Made by a program: the position numbers and the translations under genes. Shown here in pieces: positions 47,701 through 57,722 of a stretch of DNA of 64,000 nt. The DNA is taken from assembly GCA_002269645.1 (NCBI GenBank), contig NIVC01000040.1, forward strand, positions 496,001 through 560,000, given 5' to 3'. Each line of letters begins with the position of its first letter. Position 1 is the stretch's first letter. The stretch is from Macrostomum lignano (lineage: Eukaryota). The notes beneath the pieces were generated by a model, which was not told the origin of the DNA, searched no databases, and saw only the letters and a program-made list of their open reading frames with translations.

Positions 47701-50039
47701 TCTCACCCTCACTCATAAATTGATCCAATGAGCGTCAGAGCTTGAGCTCTGGCGGGACCCACTTCGAGCTCTGAGCGGAAGATCGCGTCTTCGTTGGGAT
47801 CGACCCGTCCCCAGGCAGACACAATACAGTCCGAATCTCCAGCCCTCTAAGAAATAACGCAGCTCACTCAGCATGCTCTTGGATTCCACGAGTCCGACAG
47901 GCAAGCGAGCGACGGGCTTGGTTGCACGGAGCTCTGAGTAGTATCGTAGTTGACTGACTCAGCTGAGTGAGCTCTCGATCGTCTGAGCTAGTTTATCTGA
48001 TCATCTGAGTCTGAGTAGACTCTGCGCACCACCCATGCTGTCAACCTCAGCACACAAATCATATAAATATTGAGCACTGCTTCATCATTGGGTGCACCGA
48101 CCCCGACTACAACTGACAATGCAATTAGCGACTGAAGCGCCCTTCTACTTTACTTGTCCATGAGTTTGAGCGTGAGTAGCATAGTTTTTTCTTATCATTT
48201 TTGCCTAATTGTTTCGCATGAAAACCTTTCAGTTAAACTGGAAGGTTGCTACTTTCATTACGACGATACGAGTTCCAACCTACGCCGCTACAAGTCATCC
48301 AACGAGTCCATGACAATCGAGAGCTGCCAAAAGGACTGCAGTGTCACTGCTGATCGCTACTTTGGAGTAATAAGTGGAACGCATTGCTACTGCGGTGATT
48401 TAATTATGAGTGCACAATTGTCTTTGAAAAAGTGTGATTACAGGTGTCCGGGAAATCCAAAGCAGATCTGCGGTGGTTCTATTACAATGGTTGTGTACGA
48501 GCAGCCCGCCTCTGCTGGTGAGTATAATCTATAAATCAATTATGTCCACTTCCCTTCATTGCCGAATTCAAAATTGGATTGTCGCGAAAATTTTATATTT
48601 TTCACCGTTTGGTTTTGTGTCTGGAGCAGTGAATGAAGGTTTGCATGGAAGTTGCTGAGATGCCAAGGCCGACGATAGGATTTCTCAGATGTTAGTGCCG
48701 ACGGAGCAACATATACTAGATTGAACTACATATTTCCTGAATAAAGCATATATAGACAGTCAGACGGAATGAGCGTAGCTATAATCGTTATGCATCAACT
48801 TTCACGCAAAGCGCAACAGTAAACTGTCGCAGATTCTAATATGAAAAGTCAGAGTTCTGGGTGGGAGTGACTTCACTGCACCTGTTTACACATAACCATG
48901 TACATAAGCTCCACTAATGTATAAAGAATATCAACTCAACCGGTCTCTAGGGCAGAAATGGCAATTTCATCATTTTTGAGCGTATGTAAAACATGCATAA
49001 AAATTCTGACGTAGCTTTCATTGATTTTCAATTTAACGCAAGTAAATTGCTGTTACTTGTTGCAGAGCACCCGAAATGTAAGTTAATCATCAATCATTAA
49101 TATATATGATTATAATTTCCTTCGTGGTATTTAAAATGCAAACGCTTTACTAAACCTTTTGAATGTTTGGTAAATTTACACTGGTGTTGGGACAATGGCA
49201 GAAACGGATCTCGCTCTCACTCTTAGATTGACCCAATTAGCGTCAGAGCAAGAGCTCAAGGTGCCTTCGGTTCTCTGGCCGGACCCACTTCCAACTCTGA
49301 GCGGAAGATCGCGTCTTCGTTAGGATCGACCCGTCCCCAGGCAGACACAATACAGTACGAGTCTCCAGCCCTCTAAGAAATAACGCAGCTCACTCAACAT
49401 GCTCTTGGATTCCACGAGTCCGACAGGCAAGCGAGCGACGGGCTTGGTTGCACGGAGCGCTGAGTAGTATCGTAGTTGACTGACTCAGCTGAGTGAGCTC
49501 TCGATCGTCTGAGTTTATCTGATCATCTGAGTCTGAGTAGACTCTGCGCACCACCCATGCCATCAACCTCAACACAAATGAAATAAATATTGTGCACTGT
49601 TTCATCATTGGTGCACCGACCCCGACTACAACTGACAATGCGATTAGCGACTGTAGCGCCCTTCTAACTTACTTGTCCATGAGTTTGAGCATGAACAGTT
49701 CACTTTTTATTTACCTATTATATTATTCACTTATTATCACGTAATAAAATTTCAGTTAAACTGCAAGGTTGCTACGGACATTCCAAAAAGCAGAATAACC
49801 TACGCCGCTACAAATCATTCAGCAAGTCAATGACAATCGAGAGCTGCCGAAAGGACTGCAGTGTCACTACAGCTCGCTACTTTGGAGTAATAAGTGGAAC
49901 ATATTGCTACTGCGGTGATTCAATAAGGGGTACACAGTTGTCTTTAAAGAAATGTGATTACAGGTGTCCGGGAAATCGAAAGCAGATCTGCGGTGGCTTT
50001 GACTCGATGGTTGTGTACGAGCAGCCCGATCTAAGTTAG
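38748..50039 (+). CDS. Secreted four-WSC-domain protein (WSC gene C), ~426 aa
   Basis: Signal exon 38748-38814 (MRLLLFVSVFILAASGTSGSELG|gtgagt); 12-nt micro-exons 39479-39490, 46310-46321, 47554-47565, 49066-49077; WSC exons 42002-42301, 46403-46699, 48233-48517, 49756-50039 (stop). All junctions are phase 1; total 1281 nt in one open frame; Cys pattern conserved. Confidence 0.82.
38808..39232 (+). repeat. 31-bp minisatellite (~14 copies) whose unit contains the exon-1 splice donor of WSC gene C
   Basis: Unit gagctgggtgagtttgagatgcg(c/t)ctcacct; the first copy overlaps the exon end GAGCTGG|gtgagt. Confidence 0.95.
42750..43100 (-). mobile_element. Penelope-like element fragment (GIY-YIG endonuclease)
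   Basis: YSYIGKTKRHLYTRVREH...SAIQDHL, typical of PLE GIY-YIG domains; degraded. Confidence 0.65.
44496..44720. repeat. 23-bp minisatellite, ~9 copies
   Basis: Unit agtagctcaggtagaattgg(t/g)tc. Confidence 0.92.
44980..45935 (-). mobile_element. Internal RT fragment of the same LINE group, in intron 3 of WSC gene C
   Basis: LSENQHAFRAGRSTESALHVLVD, YALAVFLDIVGAF, FLCLPPLDIF; homology to element 1 reaches ~45935. Confidence 0.85.
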
Positions 50040-50995
50040 CACTTTTTTGCGAGAATTTATTAAAGTGACTAACTTTCAAAGACAATCACTTAAAAAACCT
50101 GATGATTCTGGTAAATAAATAAACAAAATCATTAAACAGTGTCCGTAGTCTCCGTGTGTCAAACAATACTTCTCAAGAAAGTTTTGCTCTAAAAAAGTGC
50201 TGGAGCAGAGCTGCTCAATGAAAATGATGGCCTCATGTTTTGTGTAGCGCACAGGCTGCAGCAGCTGTAAAGAAAAAGAGTTTTATCGAGTTCGATTTAA
50301 AATGAATAAATTACTACAAACCAATGATAAAACTAGCTGTAGAACTGCCCTCTCGCCACATAAACTTTCCTTTTTTGTTTGATGACAGCTACTGCAGTAC
50401 AGATAAATGTCGCCGAAAGAAGAAAAGAAAAGAAAAGCATCGTCGTCAGTTGAGTGCGAGATTGAGATGAGAATCGATGAGTTGAGCTTGAGGAGACTGG
50501 AGACTGACATGTGAGGATGAGGGAACCGCGAGTGAAGAAAATTGACGAGAGAGACCGGTGGGATGGACAGCTGACACCGACTCTGAAGATGATAGCCCGA
50601 GTAAAGAGACGTCAAGCGAAGAGTTGAGAAGCCGGCAGGCGGGAGGCCATGAGAGATGGGCAACATTATGATGAGCAACGAAACCGGCAGCCAGATGCCA
50701 CACGAGGGGATGATGATTTGACGAAGACATTGGTGGCCGCGGCTACAATGGTATGGCGGCTGTTTTATAACAAAATTACATTTTGGGATTTTTGGTTCGG
50801 AAGCCATGTGTTAGACAGAAAGAGAGTCAACTTAAATTAGAGTTGAAAAAAATAGCAATCAGCGCCTCCCTCTTCTGGGGAGGCAACGAAGAATGGAATA
50901 AAAAATCAAATAAGCATGTAGCTTCCGAACTCTCAGCCATAACATCTCAGAAATTTCCCATGAGCCTTGATATCTTAGCAATTCTCTATTGAATC

Positions 50996-51290
50996 TTTTA
51001 TGTTTGACATGACGCTTCTATTAGGTTTGACATGACGCTTCTATTAGGTTTGACATGACGCTTCTATTATGTTTGACATGACGCTTCTATTAGGTTTGAC
51101 ATGACGCTTCTTTTATGTTTGACATGACGCTTCTATTAGGTTTGACATGACGCTTCAATTTTATGTTTGACGTGACGCTTCTTTTATGTTTGACATGACG
51201 CTTCTATTAGGTTTGACATGACGCTTCTATTAGGTTTGACATGACGCTTCAATTTTATGTTTGACGTGACGCCTCTTTTATGTTTGACCA
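50996..51290. repeat. 23-bp minisatellite, ~13 copies
   Basis: Unit gtttgacatgacgcttct(att)ag. Confidence 0.93.
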
Positions 51291-51299
51291 CCGCAGTCT

Positions 51300-51860
51300 G
51301 AAAAGGCTACCCATTCGTAGGTAGCAAATCTCCCGACATATCAACAGGTGGCTCCATCAGCAGCACCAGCACCACTGGAACAGTTGCACCGACTACAGGC
51401 AGACCCGCTCTGCAATGCCTAACCTGAACAGGAAAGTCTCTGACTATCTGATCTCACTTATCAGAACCGATCTCAGGGTGATCTGCATTGCTTCAACCGG
51501 CCATGGATTCTTCCAGAGACATACATGTATCTCAAAGCAAACCGGTTGGTTGTCCTCACACCTGTCCTTTCTGTGGCACAGGAGAGGAGACCGCGAAGCA
51601 TCACGTCACCTTCTAGCCTTACTTCAATAATCAAGGACGAGCTGACCACCTCGGAAAACATCCGTGACCTTCGCGCCATCGTCCAAAATACCGGCCGGAT
51701 GAGGGTCACCAATGCCTCGTCTGGGAACCTGCGGAACAGTGGCGGGGGCTGGGCGCAGCCCTAGGGTTAAACCTTGGTCTCTTTCACCTTGCGGTTGCGA
51801 TAGGAGCCACCCGACCGAACCGCGGCGCTTGCGCCCCCACCAGTAAGTAATTAATGATAA
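51300..51860 (+). mobile_element. 3' fragment of a LINE (post-RNase H region with CCHC motif)
   Basis: [14 protein letters not shown]...[14 protein letters not shown], parallel to the LSGHGCF...CPLC..ENAEH segment of the 31-35 kb element. Confidence 0.65.
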
Positions 51861-52860
51861 ATATGGATGATGGCGGTAGAGCCTCTGCTGCAGCAACGTC
51901 ATTGTAGAGCAAGAAATCCGCACCGGAAATCGAAGAGATTCGACTCCAGTGAGGCGTCATTGAGACGTCTCTCTACTTCAGAATTTAAGGATGCAAAGAC
52001 ACCAGGATAATAAAATGGGGGTGGGGAGGAGCGCAGTTTCTAATTGGCTTGCATTGGTTGCAACAAAGCCTATAATGAAATTATATGAAAATCTACCTGT
52101 TGGTAAAAATAAAAATACTAAACTTACTACTATCAATTAAGTGCAAGTGTGCACTATACAGACTCAAACCTGAGCCAAGTCTTTAGCTGCTATCTGCATT
52201 GCACTTTACCATTTATTTTAGGTTAGCTATTACAATTTTTACAAAACAAGTTATAACACATATAGCCCTAGGTAGATGCAACTACCTTTCAAAGTGGGCA
52301 CCAGTATCTTAAAAGATGACGCGATTTAGCAGTAGCCATAAAACATGATGGCATAAACATCAGCTTGTAAGGCTCATGAAAAGAGATGTTGAGATTTGAA
52401 GAGATTGTTGAAATGCTGTAGCTCAAGGGGCATGCTGAGATGTCAAGCATCAATTTGGGAGAGTTGGGGTTGAGCGATGGCCCAAAGGGAGACTTTTATA
52501 CCAAAGCTTAAAGGGGCTTGATATAGTGACTGTCGAAAGCTACATGCATAGTTCATTTGAACATTCATTCCTTTCTTTTTTGCCTTCCAACACGGGGCGC
52601 AGGTTGCTACTATGTTGCTGAAACTTCAAGTGAAAATATCAGAGACTTCAATAATTGCGGAATAAATTTACTAAAGTTTAACTTAACTCAATAATCGCTA
52701 AAAATTCAAGAATAAAAGTTTTTTGGAATTCATTTTCAAAGGAATGCGCCACGTGACGCAGCCAAGCGATCCCGGAACCTCAGCATAAAATGGTTCAGCA
52801 AATACCCAAAACAGCCAACCACAGTCAGGCCCGACCTGTTCAACATTCAAATCATTCAGC

Positions 52861-54596
52861 TTGCGGCTTCTGTTCGTTTCGGTCTTCATTCTTGCAGCTT
52901 CCGGCATTTCCGGGTCTGAGCTGGGTGAGTTTGAGATGCGTCTCACCTGAGCTGGGTGAGTTTGAGATGCGTCTCACCTGAGCTGGGTGAGTTTGAGATG
53001 CGTCTCACCTGAGCTGGGTGAGTTTGAGATGCGTCTCACCTGAGCTGGGTGAGTTTGAGATGCGTCTCACCTGAGCTGGGAGAGTTTGAGATGCGTCTCA
53101 CCTGAGCTGGGTGAGTTTGAGATGCGTCTCACCTGAGCTGGGTGAGTTTGAGATGCGTCTCATCTGAGCTGGGTGAGTTTGAGATGCGCCTCACCTGAGC
53201 TGGGTGAGTTTGAGATGCGTCTCAACTGAGCTGGGAGAGTTTGAGATGCGTCTCACCTGAGCTGGGAGAGTCTGAGATGCGTCTTACCTGAGCTGGGTGA
53301 GTTTGAGATGCGTCTCAACTGAGCTGGGAGAGTTTGAGATGCGTCTCACCTGAGCTGGGAGAGTCTGAGATGCGTCTTACCTGAGCTGGGTGAGTTTGAG
53401 ATGCGTCTCACCTGAGCTGGGTGAGTTTGAGATGCGCCTCACCTGAGCTGGGTGAGTTTGAGATGCGTCTCATCTGAGCTGGGTGAGTTTGAGATGCGTC
53501 TCACCTGAGCTGGATGAGTTTGAGATGCGCCTCACCTGAGCTGGGTGAGCTTGAGATGCGCCTCACCGAGGTAAGTAGCGCCTCAACTCACGCCTCGCCG
53601 AGCTTAGTAGCCGACATTTATTTGCATTAAGTATAGCTAGGCTTTCTACTATATCAATATTTAAGCGAAAATTTTAACGCAAGTAATTTGCTGCCTCTTG
53701 TTGCAGAGCACCCAAAATGTAAGTTCATCATTAATCCACAAGTGTATAATTATAGTTAGTACTTTCCTCTTGGTATTTAAAGTGCAAACGCTTTATTCAA
53801 ACTTCTGAATGTTCAGTAAATTTATACTGGTGTTGGGTACAATGGCAGAAACGGATCCCATCCCACTCTCAGAAGCGGAGCTCAAGATACCTAATTAGTT
53901 CTCTGGCCGGACCCACTTCCAACTCTGAGCGGAAGATCGCGTCTTCGTTAGGATCGACCCGTCCCCAGGCAGACACAATACAGTACGAGTCTCCAGCCCT
54001 CTAAGAAATAACGCAGCTCACTCAGCATGCTCTTGAATTCCACGAGTCCGACAGGCAAGCGAGCGACGGGCTTGGTTGCACGGAGCGCTGAGTAGTATCG
54101 TAGCTGACTGACTCAGCTGAGTGAGCTCTCGATCGTCTGAGTTTATCTGAGTATCTGAGTCTGAGTAGACTCTGTGCACCACCCATGCTATCCACCTCAA
54201 CACAAATAATATAAATATTGTGCACTGCTTCATCATTGGGTGCACCGACCCCGACTACAACTGACAATGCGATTAGCGACTGTAGCGCCCTTCTACTAAT
54301 TTACTTGTCCTTTACTTTGCATTAAAATTTCAGTTAAATTTAAAGGCTGCTACGATTATATTTGGGGTCCATCTCTAATCCGCTACGGATCATCCAGCGA
54401 GTCAATGACAATCGAGAGATGCCAAAAGGACTGCAGTGTCACTACTGCTCGCTACTATGGAGTAATACGTGGAAAAAGTTGCTACTGCGGTGATGAAATA
54501 AGGGGTACACTCTCTTCAAGAAAATGTGATTACATGTGTCCGGGAAATCCAAAGCAGATCTGCGGTGGTGAACGCATAATGGCTGTGTATGAGTAG
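52861..54596 (+). CDS. Single-WSC paralogue of gene C (WSC gene D) with ATG replaced by TTG: pseudogene, non-AUG gene or alternative 3' module
   Basis: Exon 52861-52924 ((L)RLLFVSVFILAASGISGSELG|gtgagt), micro-exon 53707-53718, WSC exon 54334-54596 with intact Cys and stop. An upstream in-frame TAA at 52786-52788 excludes an earlier ATG. Confidence 0.65.
52918..53570 (+). repeat. 31-bp splice-donor minisatellite (~21 copies), paralogous to 38808-39232
   Basis: Same unit; ends in gag|gtaagt at 53568-53576. Confidence 0.95.
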
Positions 54597-55331
54597 AGAA
54601 TTAATTCATTAGACTAACTTTCAAGGAAACGTCATTTAAAAATCATGTTGGATTCTGATTATTACGAGTAAATAAACAAAATCTTTAAACAGTGTCCGTA
54701 GTGTGCGTGTTTTCTGAAACAATACTTCTCAAGAAAGTTTTGCTCATAAAAGTGCTGGAGCAGAGCTGCACAATGAAAATGATGGCCACAGTTTCATGTT
54801 TTGTGTAGCGCACAGGCTGCAGCAGCTGTAGAGAGAAATAAGACTTTTATCGAGTTTGATTTTAAATGAATAAATTACTACAAACCAATGATAAACTAGC
54901 TGTAGAACTGCCCTCTCGCCCCAAAAACTTTCCATTTTTGTTTGATGACAGCTACTGCAGTACAGAAAAATGTAGAAAAGCACCATCGCCAGTTGAGAGC
55001 GAGATTGAGATGAGAATCGATGAGTTGAGATTGATGAGACTGGAGACTGAGGGAACCGTGAGTGAATAAAATTGACGAGAGAGACCAGCAGCGAGATATA
55101 CTGCCGACACTGACTCTGGTGAGGCAACCGACTTTCTTTTATACTTGACATGACGCTTCTCTTATGCTCGATATGACACTTATATTGACAAATTTTTAAC
55201 GCTTCGCTAGTGCATCCGGTATGCTCTCGAGAAAGCTGATTTTACTTGACCAAATCTGTCTATGGCCCCAACAGCGTTCAGCGCTATGCGTTCACACAAG
55301 GAATTCTTGGACAAGGACTTCGAGAGGATCT

Positions 55332-55540
55332 CAACCCCACTGGCCCACAACCCCCACTGGGCCTCAACCCCCACTGGGCCTCAACCCCCACTGGGCCTCA
55401 ACCCCCACTGGGCCTCAACCCCCTACTGAGCCTCAACCCCCACTGGGCCTCAACCCCCACTGGGCCTCAACCCCCACTGGGCCTCAACCCCCTACTGAGC
55501 CTCAACCCCCACTGGGCCTCAACCCCCACTGGGCCTCAAA
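55332..55540. repeat. 17-bp minisatellite
   Basis: Unit gcctcaacccccactgg. Confidence 0.92.
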
Positions 55541-55719
55541 CCCAATGGCCCTTCATCGCAAAAATAGACTGGGCTTACCAACTGCAATAACCTTCCTTCT
55601 TAACACTTCTAGTCCCATCAACGTCACACCTTAAACGAGCTGTCCCGAAGGGCACACCGCGATTAAGCAATTACAGGATTATAACAACTCGATCTATTCA
55701 TACAGAAAGACAGGTAATT

Positions 55720-56170
55720 TTGAATTATCGGTTCTCATGTTCTCATGGCGACGGATTGTGGGAGTCTCATGTTCTCATGAGTTTGAATTGGCGAGTCTCA
55801 TGTTCTCATGGCAATGGATTGGGGAGTCTCATTCTCATGAGTTTGTATTGGCGAGTCTCATGTTCTCATGACAATGGATTGGGGAGTCTCATTCTCATGA
55901 GTTTGAATTGGCGAGTCTCATGTTCGCATGAGTTTGAATTCGCGAGCCTCATGTTCGCATGAGTTTGAATTGGAGAGCCTCATGTTCGCATGAGTTTGAA
56001 TTGGAGAGCCTCATGTTCGCATGAGTTTGAATTGGCGAGTCTCATGTTCGCATGAGTTTGAATTCGCGAGTCTCATGTTCGCATGAGTTTGAATTGGAGA
56101 GCTTCATGTTCGCATGAGTTTGAATTGGCGAGTCTCATGTTCGCATGAGTTTGAATTGGCGAGTCTCATG
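55720..56170. repeat. ~31-bp minisatellite with an internal hairpin
   Basis: Unit gcgagtctcatgttcgcatgagtttgaattg; ctcatg-ttcg-catgag is self-complementary. Confidence 0.9.
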
Positions 56171-56699
56171 GGGTGAAAACAGATTCTGTGCTCGAACTCC
56201 CATAAATAAATGAAGAAAATATGAATAACTACACAAAAAATTCGATTATTTTTCCATTCTCAAAAGTCATGAACACTTTGACTTTTGCAGAAATCTACGC
56301 CACAAACTGCTTTTGGCCTAAGAAAACAAAGTAGATTTTTGCTGTATTGTCCGCACCGACAAGGACAAGAACGCAGGATCAGACAGAACAATAAATATAA
56401 AGCTGATACGAGCTAAAAGCAATGTCATCGGTCGGACAGATAACTAGACAAAGACAGGCACCAAATCAAATTAAGTTCAATCAAAATCACTGCGCACTAG
56501 ATGATAGATCAGTAGTGGGGATTCAATTCAATTCAAGCGACTTCAAGTGTGTGGCATAATAATGGTTCTCAGGGCTGCTTTGATGAAGATTGCTTTCTTG
56601 GAATCATTTTTAGTTTGAACTCGATTCGTTGTCATCATAAATGTTACGAACGATGGATTTGAGTTTATCTCACCGGAGATTTCAGGCTCTCATGGCGAA

Positions 56700-57330
56700 T
56701 CTCTTGATTGATTAGAGACGAATCTCATGATGGATTAGAGACGAATCCATGATGGATTAGAGACGAATCCATGATGGATTAGAGACGAATCCATGATGGA
56801 TTAGAGACGAATCCATGATGGATTAGAGACGAATCCATGATGGATTAGAGACGAATCCATGATGGATTAGAGACGAATCCATGATGGATTAGAGACGAAT
56901 CTCATGATGGATTAGAGACGAATCTCATGATGGATTAGAGACGAATCTCATGATGGAAAAAGATACGAATCTCATGATGGATTAGAGACGAATCCATGAT
57001 GGATTAGAGACGAATCCATGATGGATTAGAGACGAATCTCATGATGGAAAAAGATACGAATCTCATGATGGATTAGAGACGAATCCATGATGGATTAGAG
57101 ACGAATCTCATGATGGAAAAAGAGACGAATCTCATTATGGATTAGAGACGTACAAATCTCTTGATGAATTAGAGCCGAATCTCATTGTGGATTAGAGACG
57201 AATCCATGATGGATTAGAGACGAATCTCATGATGGATTAGAGACGAATCCATGATGGATTAGAGACGAATCTCATGATGGATTAGAGACGAATCCATGAT
57301 GGATTAGAGACGAATCTCACGGTGTATTAG
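56700..57330. repeat. 22/23-bp minisatellite
   Basis: Unit gattagagacgaatc(t)catgatg. Confidence 0.93.
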
Positions 57331-57722
57331 AGAGAATTCAAGAGTAAATTAGGTACAAATCTTAATGGAAATTTAAAGACAATTTTCTAATGCTAATTTC
57401 GAATCGAACAGATACCAGAAACAGCAGCTAGATAGATAGTTAAACCACAACAGCACCACACACAGACAAGTGACTATGACATGAAATAGGCATGGCAACC
57501 GGCAGGCTACAAAAACTTACCTGGACAATCAATAGATTACAATGAATTTATGATCCAAATGTGTTATTATGATTTTAAACACAAACAAAGTTTAAGCATA
57601 AGACTTAAACGCAATGAATGCTAAACTGTTTATAACTATATCCCTATCTCCATCAGCTAAACGCCGTCAAAAAGTACAAACAGTACTCTCGAAAAAACAA
57701 AGGCAGTCTTGGCCCGCAGTCT

